15,370 bases of DNA from a virus. The notes beneath the pieces are model-generated. The model ran no database searches, was not told where the DNA came from, and saw nothing but the letters and a program-made list of their open reading frames with translations. Made by a program: the position numbers and the translations under genes. Each line of letters opens with the position of its first letter. The first letter of the stretch is position 1. Shown here piece by piece: positions 7,500 through 15,370 of the stretch. The DNA lies in UHGV virus genome UHGV-0225464, one strand, 5' to 3'.

Positions 7500-8528
7500 A
7501 TGGGATTGTTTACGACCCGCCAGTTACTCGGTTATACCGAACAAAAAGTGAAATTCCGTGCGCTGTTTCTGGAGCTGTTTTTCCGCCGTACGGTGAATTT
7601 CCACACCGAAGAGGTGATGCTGGACAAAATTACCGGAAAAACGCCGGTGGCAGCCTATGTCTCCCCGGTTGTTGAAGGAAAAGTGCTTCGCCATCGCGGT
7701 GGTGAAACCCGCGTGTTACGTCCGGGCTACGTCAAGCCCAAACACGAATTTAATTACCAGCAGGCGGTTGAGCGCCTTCCTGGTGAAGATCCGGCTCAGC
7801 TGAATGACCCGGCCTACCGTCGTCTGCGTATCATTACCGATAACCTCAAACAGGAAGAGCACGCCATTGTCCAGGTGGAAGAAATGCAGGCGGTGAATGC
7901 CGTGCTGTATGGCAAATACACCATGGAAGGGGATCAGTTTGATACTGTCGAGGTGGATTTCGGGCGCTCTGAAGGAAATAACATTGAGCAGGCTGACGGT
8001 AAAAAATGGTCTGAGCAGGACCGTGATACGTTTGATCCGACGCATGATATTGACCTCTACTGCGATCAGGCCAGCGGCCTTGTGAATATCGCCATTATGG
8101 ACGGTACGGTCTGGCGTCTGCTGAATGGCTTTAAGCTGTTCCGCGAAAAACTGGATACCCGTCGCGGCTCAAATTCACAACTCGAAACGGCAGTGAAAGA
8201 CCTGGGGGCGGTGGTGTCCTTCAAGGGGTATTACGGCGATCTGGCCATTGTGGTGGCGAAAACGTCTTATGTGGCAGAGGACGGTACCGAAAAACGTTAT
8301 CTGCCGGAGGGCACGCTGGTCCTGGGGAATACGGCAGCAGAGGGCATTCGTTGCTATGGTGCCATTCAGGATGCGCAGGCGTTGTCCGAAGGTGTGGTGG
8401 CCTCTTCCCGTTATCCGAAACACTGGCTGACTGTGGGCGATCCGGCCCGTGAATTCACCATGACGCAGTCCGCTCCGCTGATGGTGCTGCCGGATCCGGA
8501 TGAGTTTGTGGTGGTACAGGTGAAATAA
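7500..8528 (+). CDS. Major capsid protein (lambda gpE-like)
   Basis: 342 aa; strong similarity to lambda E (PGYVKPKHE, DPAYRRLRII, VEEMQAVNAVLYGKYTM, LDTRRGSNSQLETAVKDLG, GDPAREFTMTQSAPLM). AAAGG ribosome-binding site 9 nt upstream. Confidence 0.95.
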   Translation: MGLFTTRQLLGYTEQKVKFRALFLELFFRRTVNFHTEEVMLDKITGKTPVAAYVSPVVEGKVLRHRGGETRVLRPGYVKPKHEFNYQQAVERLPGEDPAQLNDPAYRRLRIITDNLKQEEHAIVQVEEMQAVNAVLYGKYTMEGDQFDTVEVDFGRSEGNNIEQADGKKWSEQDRDTFDPTHDIDLYCDQASGLVNIAIMDGTVWRLLNGFKLFREKLDTRRGSNSQLETAVKDLGAVVSFKGYYGDLAIVVAKTSYVAEDGTEKRYLPEGTLVLGNTAAEGIRCYGAIQDAQALSEGVVASSRYPKHWLTVGDPAREFTMTQSAPLMVLPDPDEFVVVQVK

Positions 8529-8535
8529 TCCGTGA

Positions 8536-8565
8536 GCGGGGGCGAAATGCCCCCGTGTCTTTTTT
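8536..8565 (+). terminator. Candidate intrinsic terminator or attenuator after the major capsid gene
   Basis: GC-rich 7-bp stem (CGGGGGC / GCCCCCG) with GAAAT loop at 8537-8555, followed by TGTC then a T6 run (8560-8565); it sits between the E stop (8528) and the FI start (8580). Confidence 0.5.
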
Positions 8566-8579
8566 CACAGGAGGCTGAG

Positions 8580-8963
8580 ATGGCAACAAAAGAAGAAAAT
8601 CTGAATCGTCTTCGTCAACTGGCTGGCCTGCTGGGGCGCGAGGCGGATATGTCGGGGAGTGCTGCGGATATTGCTCAACGTGTGTCTGAGTGGGAAGAGG
8701 AGCTTGCTGTTTCCCCGGAGGGCATTATGCACTCTGATGAGAGCGGGGCTGATCAAAATCACACAGACGATGGTGAGCAGTTGAACAACACGGATGCTCC
8801 GGATGATGTTAAAGCCGTCCGGGTACGGAAGTGCCTGCAAGTAATGGGGTATTGCCCGGAGACAGGTCGTCCCGTTGAGCTGGCGTTACGGGGTATGCGT
8901 GTTCTGGTGCCATCATCACTGGCAACGGCCATGATACAGCACGGAACGGCTGAATATGCGTGA
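8580..8963 (+). CDS. DNA packaging / head assembly protein (lambda gpFI-like)
   Basis: Position between E and FII, AGGAGG ribosome-binding site before ATG 8580, size and acidic central region typical of FI. I chose 8580 because the upstream extension from 8532 overlaps the terminator hairpin. Confidence 0.75.
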   Translation: MATKEENLNRLRQLAGLLGREADMSGSAADIAQRVSEWEEELAVSPEGIMHSDESGADQNHTDDGEQLNNTDAPDDVKAVRVRKCLQVMGYCPETGRPVELALRGMRVLVPSSLATAMIQHGTAEYA

Positions 8964-9309
8964 TTTTCAGAATGCCTTTGATGCTGCCCTCGCCGGGGTG
9001 GACAGTACGATCGTTGAAGTGATGGGGCTCTGTGCGCAGTTCACCTCGGGGGCACAGTGTGGCAGCGAAGTTCAGGGGGTTTTTGACGATCCGGAGTCGC
9101 TGGGGTTTGCCGGTGGCGGGGTCCGTATTGAAGGAAGCAGCCCGTCATTATTTGTGCGGACGGATACGGTTCGTGCCGTGCGGCGTGGTGACACGCTGAC
9201 CATTAATGGTGAGATATTCTGGGTGGATCGTGTTTCTCCGGATGACGGGGGCAGCTGTTATCTCTGGCTCAACCGTGGTCAACCACCCGCAGTTAACCGG
9301 CGACGATAA
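8956..9309 (+). CDS. Head-tail connector / tail attachment protein (lambda gpFII-like)
   Basis: 117 aa; VFDDPES, GSSPSLFVRTD, RRGDTLTI, FWVDRVSPDDGGSC and PPAVNRRR match lambda FII. Confidence 0.9.
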   Translation: MRDFQNAFDAALAGVDSTIVEVMGLCAQFTSGAQCGSEVQGVFDDPESLGFAGGGVRIEGSSPSLFVRTDTVRAVRRGDTLTINGEIFWVDRVSPDDGGSCYLWLNRGQPPAVNRRR

Positions 9310-9324
9310 ACGCAGGGTGAAATT

Positions 9325-9858
9325 ATGGCGATAAAAGGGCTTGATCAGGCGATTGACAATCTGAGCCGGGTTCGTAAAAACGCCATTCCGGCGGCTTCAG
9401 CAATGGCCATTAACCGCGTGGCCACAACGGCGATTAATCAGTCTTCATCACAGGTTGCCCGGGAGACAAAGGTTCGCCGGAAACTGGTTAAGGAACGGTC
9501 CAGACTGAAACGGGCCACGGTCAGAAATCCGAATGCCAGAATTATCGTTAACCGCGGTGATCTCCCTGTGATTAAGCTGGGGATCAGGATGCTGGGGCGT
9601 CGCCCGAACAGCATACTTAAAGCCGGTCAGCATCGGTATCAGCGGGCATTTATTCAGCGATTAAAAAATGGTCGCTGGCATGTCATGCAGCGTGTGGCCG
9701 GGAAAAACCGTTACCCCATTGATGTGGTGAAAATCCCGATGGCGGCCCCACTGAAACAGGCATTTGATGAGAATGTTGACCGTATCCGGCGTGAACGCCT
9801 GCCTAAAGAACTGGCATACGCGCTGAAACAACAACTGAGGATTGCGATAAAACGATGA
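9325..9858 (+). CDS. Tail completion protein (lambda gpZ-like)
   Basis: 177 aa; MAIKGL..., SQVARETKVRRKLVKER and LKNGRWHVMQRVAGKNRYPIDVVKIPMA match lambda Z. Confidence 0.9.
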   Translation: MAIKGLDQAIDNLSRVRKNAIPAASAMAINRVATTAINQSSSQVARETKVRRKLVKERSRLKRATVRNPNARIIVNRGDLPVIKLGIRMLGRRPNSILKAGQHRYQRAFIQRLKNGRWHVMQRVAGKNRYPIDVVKIPMAAPLKQAFDENVDRIRRERLPKELAYALKQQLRIAIKR

Positions 9859-10250
9859 AACACACTGACATTCGTGCCGCAGTGCTGGATGCACTCGAGC
9901 AGCATGAACACGGGGCGACGCTGTTTGATGGTCGCCCCGTTGTTTTTGACGAAGAGGATTTTCCTGCGATCGCGGTTTATCTGACGGATGCAGAGTATAC
10001 CGGTGAAGAGCTGGATGCAGATACCTGGCGGGCCACACTGCATATTGAGGTGTTTTTACCGGCACAGGTACCTGATTCGGAGCTCGATCAGTGGATGGAA
10101 AGCCGGATTTATCCGGCGATGACTGCGATCCCTGCACTGGCAGGACTGATTACCACGATGGTTACGCAGGGCTATGAGTATCGTCGTGATGACGATATGG
10201 CGTTATGGAGCTCTGCGGATCTGACTTATTCCATTACATACGAGATGTGA
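9855..10250 (+). CDS. Tail terminator protein (lambda gpU-like)
   Basis: 131 aa; [38 protein letters not shown] and WSSADLTY(S)ITYEM match lambda U; ATGA overlap with Z. Confidence 0.9.
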   Translation: MKHTDIRAAVLDALEQHEHGATLFDGRPVVFDEEDFPAIAVYLTDAEYTGEELDADTWRATLHIEVFLPAQVPDSELDQWMESRIYPAMTAIPALAGLITTMVTQGYEYRRDDDMALWSSADLTYSITYEM

Positions 10251-10257
10251 GGACGAT

Positions 10258-11004
10258 ATGGCAACACCAAATCCCCTGGAGCCGGTAAAAGGTGCCGGTA
10301 CCACTCTGTGGGTTTACAACGGCAAGGGTGATGCTTATGCAAACCCGTTGTCAGACGATGACTGGCAGCGACTGGCTAAGGTGAAGGATCTGACGCCGGG
10401 CGAGATGACGGCAGAACCCTACGATGATAACTACCTGGATGATGAAGACGCGGACTGGACCGCGACCGGGCAGGGGCAGAAGTCTGCAGGAGATACCAGT
10501 TTTACGCTGGCCTGGAAACCGGGTGAGGAAGGTCAGAAAGGGCTTATCGCATGGTTTGAAAGCGGGGATGTCAGGGCCTATAAAATCCGGTTCCCGAATG
10601 GTACGGTGGATGTGTTCAGTGGCTGGGTCAGCAGTATCGGTAAGGCCGTGACGGCGAAGGAAGTGATCACCAGAACGGTGAAAGTTACCAATGTGGGACG
10701 CCCGTCGATGGCTGAAAATCTCACTAAAATTACGCCGGTTTCCGGTGTGACCATTAAACCGGAAACCCTGACCCTAGAAAAAGGGAAGGCAGGCACACTT
10801 ACTGTGGCTGTGTTGCCGGATAATGCGTCTGATCCTTCATTAAGGGTGTCGACCGTGCATCGTGCGGTGGCCACAGCCACGTTGAAGGAGAACACAGTGA
10901 CGGTAAACGCACTTGAGAAAGGAACAACGTCGGTCGTGGTCATGAGTGATAACGGTAATTTTGTCGCTCTGGCGACAGTAACCGTTAATGTCCCTGCCGC
11001 GTAA
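10258..11004 (+). CDS. Major tail tube protein (lambda gpV-like) with C-terminal Ig-like domain
   Basis: 248 aa; near-identical blocks to lambda V ([80 protein letters not shown]); the C-terminal ~90 aa is more divergent. Confidence 0.95.
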   Translation: MATPNPLEPVKGAGTTLWVYNGKGDAYANPLSDDDWQRLAKVKDLTPGEMTAEPYDDNYLDDEDADWTATGQGQKSAGDTSFTLAWKPGEEGQKGLIAWFESGDVRAYKIRFPNGTVDVFSGWVSSIGKAVTAKEVITRTVKVTNVGRPSMAENLTKITPVSGVTIKPETLTLEKGKAGTLTVAVLPDNASDPSLRVSTVHRAVATATLKENTVTVNALEKGTTSVVVMSDNGNFVALATVTVNVPAA

Positions 11005-11025
11005 CGGGTGTTTAGGAGAACACGC

Positions 11026-11457
11026 ATGTTTCTTAAAACAGAACAATTTGAATATAACGGTGTGTCTGTCACGCTTTCGGAGCTGTCTGCGCTGCAGCGT
11101 ATCGAGCATCTTGCCCTCCTGAAACGGCGGGCAGAACAGGCAGAATCCAGCGGCAACCTGCAGGTAAGCGTGGAAGATCTCGTCAGAACCGGCGCGTTTC
11201 TGGTGGCGATGTCCCTGTGGCATAACCATCCACAGAAAACGCAGTCACCGTCAATGAATGAGGCCGTGATGAAGATAGAGCAGGAAGTGCTCACCACCTG
11301 GCCTGCCGATGCCATTGCCCGGGCGGAAGACGTGGTGTTGTGCCTGTCCGGGATGATCGAAGCTGTTCGTCCGGATACTGATATTACTGAAGTGGCGAAA
11401 AATAACACGCTGACTGATGATGATTTTTCTGCGGGAAAGTCTTCGACGGCGAGCTGA
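11026..11457 (+). CDS. Tail assembly chaperone (lambda gpG-like)
   Basis: From ATG 11026 (AGGAG 7 nt upstream) the product begins MFLKTEQFEYNGVSVTLSELSALQRIEHLAL, matching lambda G; the slippery heptamer lies near the 3' end. Confidence 0.85.
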   Translation: MFLKTEQFEYNGVSVTLSELSALQRIEHLALLKRRAEQAESSGNLQVSVEDLVRTGAFLVAMSLWHNHPQKTQSPSMNEAVMKIEQEVLTTWPADAIARAEDVVLCLSGMIEAVRPDTDITEVAKNNTLTDDDFSAGKSSTAS

Positions 11458-11897
11458 ACTTTGCCCTCAGACTGGCGCGTGAGATGGGGAGACCCGACTG
11501 GCGCGCCATGCTTGCCGGGATGACATCCACCGAATATGCCGACTGGCACCGTTTTTACCGCACGCATTATTTTCAGGATACCCAGCTGGATATGCATTTT
11601 TCCGGGCTGACGTACGCTGTACTCAGCCTGTTTTTTTGCGATCCGGATATGCATCCCTCTGATTTCAGTCTGCTTGTCCCCCGGCATGAGGAAGAGCAGG
11701 TGGAGAGGCCGGATGAGGACAAAATGCTGATGCAGAAAGCGGCAGGACTTGCCGGAGGCGTCCGGTTCGGTGGGGACGGAGGGCGCGATATTTTATCGTC
11801 TGCGGATGTGGCGGATGTCATGGTGGATGATGCCGCATTAATGATGGCTTCAGCGGGGATTCCGGGAGGTGTGAGATATGTCCCAGCCGGTTGGTGA
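11026..11897 (+). CDS. Tail assembly chaperone G-T fusion made by -1 programmed ribosomal frameshift (slip at G GGA AAG, 11433-11439; joined as 11026..11439 plus 11439..11897)
   Basis: GGGAAAG is in the correct zero-frame phasing (GCG GGA AAG). The -1 frame stays open from the slip site to TGA at 11895-11897 and encodes EMGRPDWRAMLAGM...HYFQD...GGVRY, matching lambda gpT. Confidence 0.8.
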
Positions 11898-14451
11898 TCT
11901 TGTTATTGACCTGAGTCTGGATGCTGTCCGTTTCGATGAGCAGATGAGCCGGGTAAGGCGTCATTTTTCAGGTCTGGATACCGACGCCAGAAAAACCGCC
12001 AGTGCTGTTGAACAGGGCCTGAGCCGCCAGGCGCTGGCTGCACAAAAAGCCGGGATTTCCGTCGGGCAGTATAAAGCGGCCATGCGAACCCTGCCCGCAC
12101 AGTTTACGGATATCGCCACGCAGCTTGCAGGTGGTCAGAATCCCTGGCTGATCCTGCTGCAACAGGGCGGTCAGGTGAAGGACTCCTTCGGCGGGATGAT
12201 CCCCATGTTCAGGGGGCTTGCCGGTGCGATCACCCTGCCGATGGTCGGGGTCACCTCGCTGGCGGTGGCGACAGGTGCGCTGGTGTACGCCTGGTACCAG
12301 GGAGATTCCACGCTTTCAGCGTTTAATAAAACCCTGGTTCTTTCCGGTAATCAGTCCGGACTGACTGCCGATCGTATGCTGACTCTCTCAAGAGCCGGGC
12401 AGGCAGCAGGGCTGACGTTTAACCAGGCGAGAGAGTCACTGGCAGCCCTGGTGAATGCCGGTGTGCGTGGTGGTGAACAGTTTGATGCCATCAACCAGAG
12501 TGTCGCGCGTTTTGCGTCTGCATCCGGTGTGGAGGTGGATAAAGTCGCTGAAGCCTTCGGGAAGCTGACCACTGACCCGACGTCGGGACTGATGGCGATG
12601 GCGCGCCAGTTCCGTAACGTGACGGCAGAGCAGATTGCGTATGTTGCACAGTTGCAGCGTTCCGGAGACGAGGCCGGGGCATTGCAGGCGGCGAACGATA
12701 TCGCCACGAAAGGCTTTGATGAGCAGACCCGTCGCCTGAAAGAAAACATGGGAACACTGGAGACCTGGGCGGATAAAACAGGGAAGGCATTCAAATCGAT
12801 GTGGGATGCCATTCTGGATATCGGTCGTCCGGAATCCTCAGCGGATATGCTCGCCAGTGCGCAGAAGGCATTTGATGAGGCGGATAAAAAATGGCAGTGG
12901 TACCAGAGCCGGAGCCAGCGCCGGGGAAAGACCTCCTCTTTTCGTGCGAACCTTCAGGGGGCATGGGATGACCGGGAAAATGCCCGTCTGGGTCTGGCAG
13001 CGGCCACGCTGCAGTCGGATATGGAAAAAGCCGGTGAACTGGCGGCAAGGGACAGGGCTGAGCGTGAGTCGTCACAGCTGAAGTATACCGGAGAGGCGCA
13101 GAAGGCGTATGAGCGCCTGCAGACGCCGCTGGATAAATATACCGCCCGTCAGAAAGAGCTGAATAAGGCCCTGAAAGACGGAAAAATCCTGCAGGCGGAT
13201 TACAACACGCTGATGGCGTCGGCAAAAAAGGATTATGAATCGACGCAGAAAAAGCCGTCCGGTGTGAAGGTGTCTGCCGGTGAGCGCCAGGAAGACCGGG
13301 CGCATGCAGCCATGCTGGCGCTTGAAACCGAGCTCAGGACGCTGGAAAAGCATGCCGGTGCGAATGAAAAAATCAGCCAGCAGCGCCGGGATTTATGGAA
13401 AGCGGAAAATCAGTATGTGGTCCTGAAAGAGGCCGCCACGAAACGGCAGTTATCTGAGCAGGAAAAATCCCTGCTGGCCCATGAGAAAGAGACGCTGGAG
13501 TACAAACGCCAGCTGGCTGACCTGGGCGACAAGGTTGAACACCAGAAACGGCTGAATGAGCTGGCACAGCAGGCGGCGCGGTTTGAACAGCAGCAGAGCG
13601 CGAAGCAGGCCGCCATCAGCGCAAAAGCCCGCGGCCTCACCGACCGTCAGGCGCAGCGGGAGTCGGAAGAGCAGCGCCTTCGTGACGTGTACGGTGATAA
13701 TTCGGATGCGCTGGCGAAGGCCACATCTGCACTGAAGAACACCTGGTCTGCGGAGGAGCAGCTTCGTGGAAGCTGGATGGCCGGGATGAAGTCCGGCTGG
13801 GGCGAGTGGGCGGAAAGTGCGACGGACAGTTTTTCGCAGGTTAAAAACGCGGCCACGCAGACCTTTGACGGTATTGCACAGAATATGGCGGCGATGCTGA
13901 CCGGCAGCGAACAGAACTGGCGTGGTTTCACCCGTTCTGTGCTGTCCATGCTGACAGAGATTTTTCTGAAGCAGGCGATGGTGGGGATTGTCGGGAGTAT
14001 CGGCGGCGCCATTGGTGGTGCTTTCGGTGGTGGCGCATCCGCTTCCACGGGGACGGCCATTCAGGCTGCGGCGGCGAACTTCCATTTCGCGACCGGAGGA
14101 TTTACGGGGACGGGCGGCAAATATGAGCCTGCGGGGATTGTTCACCGCGGGGAGTTTGTCTTCACGAAGGAGGCAACCAGCCGGATTGGTGTCGGCAACC
14201 TGTACCGCCTGATGCGGGGCTATGCGGAAGGTGGTTATGTCGGCAGTGCCGGAAGTCCGGCGCAGATGCGGCGGGCCGAAGGCATTAATTTTAATCAGAA
14301 CAATCACGTGGTGATTCAGAACGACGGCATCAACGGACAGGCCGGGCCGCAGCTGATGAAAGCGGTGTATGAGATGGCCCGTAAAGGTGCGCAGGATGAG
14401 ATTCAGGCGCAGATGCGTGATGGCGGCGTATTTTCCGGAGGCAGGCGATGA
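11878..14451 (+). CDS. Tail tape measure protein (lambda gpH-like)
   Basis: 857 aa; extensive similarity to lambda H from the N-terminus (PVGDLVIDLSLDAVRFDEQMSRVRRHF) to the C-terminal block (GGFTGTGGKYEPAGIVHRGEFVFTKEATSRIGVGNLYRLMRGYA). Confidence 0.95.
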   Translation: MSQPVGDLVIDLSLDAVRFDEQMSRVRRHFSGLDTDARKTASAVEQGLSRQALAAQKAGISVGQYKAAMRTLPAQFTDIATQLAGGQNPWLILLQQGGQVKDSFGGMIPMFRGLAGAITLPMVGVTSLAVATGALVYAWYQGDSTLSAFNKTLVLSGNQSGLTADRMLTLSRAGQAAGLTFNQARESLAALVNAGVRGGEQFDAINQSVARFASASGVEVDKVAEAFGKLTTDPTSGLMAMARQFRNVTAEQIAYVAQLQRSGDEAGALQAANDIATKGFDEQTRRLKENMGTLETWADKTGKAFKSMWDAILDIGRPESSADMLASAQKAFDEADKKWQWYQSRSQRRGKTSSFRANLQGAWDDRENARLGLAAATLQSDMEKAGELAARDRAERESSQLKYTGEAQKAYERLQTPLDKYTARQKELNKALKDGKILQADYNTLMASAKKDYESTQKKPSGVKVSAGERQEDRAHAAMLALETELRTLEKHAGANEKISQQRRDLWKAENQYVVLKEAATKRQLSEQEKSLLAHEKETLEYKRQLADLGDKVEHQKRLNELAQQAARFEQQQSAKQAAISAKARGLTDRQAQRESEEQRLRDVYGDNSDALAKATSALKNTWSAEEQLRGSWMAGMKSGWGEWAESATDSFSQVKNAATQTFDGIAQNMAAMLTGSEQNWRGFTRSVLSMLTEIFLKQAMVGIVGSIGGAIGGAFGGGASASTGTAIQAAAANFHFATGGFTGTGGKYEPAGIVHRGEFVFTKEATSRIGVGNLYRLMRGYAEGGYVGSAGSPAQMRRAEGINFNQNNHVVIQNDGINGQAGPQLMKAVYEMARKGAQDEIQAQMRDGGVFSGGRR

Positions 14452-14777
14452 AAACCTTTCGCTGGAAAGTGAAACCGGATATGGAGGTGAACTCGCAGCC
14501 ATCGGTGCGTGAAGTGCGTTTTGGTGACGGGTACTCACAGCGTATGGCGGCAGGGCTGAATGCTGACCTGAAAACATACCGGGTGATGCTTTCCGTGACC
14601 CGGGAGGAGGCCCGGCATCTGGAAGCGTTCCTGGCAGAGCACGGTGGCTGGAAGGCATTTTTGTGGAAGCCACCCTATGCATACCGGCAGATAAAGGTGA
14701 CCTGTGCCGGGTGGTCTGCGCGGGTCGGGATGTTGCGCGTTGAGTTCAGCGCGGAGTTTAAGCAGGTGGTGAACTGA
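14448..14777 (+). CDS. Minor tail protein (lambda gpM-like)
   Basis: 109 aa; MKTFRWKVKP, VRFGDGYSQR, HGGWKAFLWKPPY and RQIKVTCAGWS match lambda M; ATGA overlap with H. Confidence 0.9.
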   Translation: MKTFRWKVKPDMEVNSQPSVREVRFGDGYSQRMAAGLNADLKTYRVMLSVTREEARHLEAFLAEHGGWKAFLWKPPYAYRQIKVTCAGWSARVGMLRVEFSAEFKQVVN

Positions 14778-15370
14778 TGCAGGATATTCACGAAGAAAGT
14801 CTGAACGAGTCGGTTAAGTCAGAGCAGTCACCGCGGGTGGTGCTCTGGGAAATCGACCTGACGGTACAGGGCGGTGAGCGGTATTTTTTCTGTAATGAGC
14901 TGAATGAAAAAGGGGAGCCGGTCACCTGGCAGGGGCGGCAATATCAGGCATACCCGATTGACGGCAGCGGTTTTGAGATGAGCGGGAAGGGCAGCAGTGC
15001 CCGCCCGTCGCTGACGGTGTCCAATCTTTTCGGCCTTGTCACCGGAATGGCGGAGGATTTGCAGAGCCTGGTGGGGGCCACGGTGGTCCGCCGCCGGGTG
15101 TATGCCCGTTTTCTGGATGCGGTGAATTTCGTTGCGGGCAATCCGGAGGCGGACCCGGAGCAGGAGCTGAGTGACCGCTGGGTGGTGGAGCAGATGTCGG
15201 AGCTGACAGCCATGACGGCCTCGTTTGTGCTGGCCACACCGACCGAGACGGACGGGGCGCTGTTTCCCGGTCGCATCATGCTGGCGAACACCTGTATGTG
15301 GACCTACCGCTCTGATGAGTGTGGTTACACGGGCGGGGCGGTGGCGGATGAGTTCGATAAACCCACCACC
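14777..15370 (+). CDS. Minor tail protein (lambda gpL-like), 3'-truncated by the window end
   Basis: Starts at ATG 14777, sharing one base with the M stop. VVLWEIDLT, GERYFFCNE, KGEPVTWQGRQYQ, ANTCMWTYR and DECGY match lambda L. No stop codon before the end of the window. Confidence 0.9.
   Translation, partial: MQDIHEESLNESVKSEQSPRVVLWEIDLTVQGGERYFFCNELNEKGEPVTWQGRQYQAYPIDGSGFEMSGKGSSARPSLTVSNLFGLVTGMAEDLQSLVGATVVRRRVYARFLDAVNFVAGNPEADPEQELSDRWVVEQMSELTAMTASFVLATPTETDGALFPGRIMLANTCMWTYRSDECGYTGGAVADEFDKPTT

Noticed and set aside
8532-8579. Upstream extension of the FI ORF (MSGGEMPPCLFSQEAE)
   Set aside because: Overlaps the terminator-like hairpin and lacks a ribosome-binding site; ATG 8580 has an AGGAGG site at good spacing.
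10578-11687. 369-aa minus-strand ORF
   Set aside because: Antisense to the well-supported V, G and T genes; no ribosome-binding site or recognisable domain.
13450-14682. 410-aa minus-strand ORF
   Set aside because: Lies entirely antisense to the tape-measure gene, whose product matches lambda gpH throughout; long antisense frames are expected in GC-rich coding DNA, and the product is low-complexity (Pro/Arg/Ala-rich).

Overview
This window is the late morphogenetic module of a lambda-like (lambdoid) siphovirus, most likely a prophage in an enterobacterial genome, and I find no sign of a novel defence or other undescribed system. All calls rest on reading the sequence and on recalled similarity to phage lambda proteins; no database search was run. 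From left to right: bases 1-96 are the terminal segment of an IS10-like insertion sequence whose body lies off-window; 97-787 is AT-rich DNA with no confident gene; 788-973 (minus strand) is a small DUF3950/YlcI-like ORF; 1180-1191 is a lambda-type cosN cohesive end followed by a cosB-like region with three copies of an 11-bp motif. From 1375 to the window end, one plus-strand block of overlapping genes runs in lambda order: small terminase, large terminase, W, portal, C protease/scaffold, D, E major capsid, FI, FII, Z, U, V, G and G-T (-1 frameshift), H tape measure, M, and L (cut by the window end). The points most worth a second look are the IS10-like end, the non-lambda cosB repeats, a tripled repeat module in the C/Nu3 scaffold region, and a 46-aa hydrophobic ORF left of cos.
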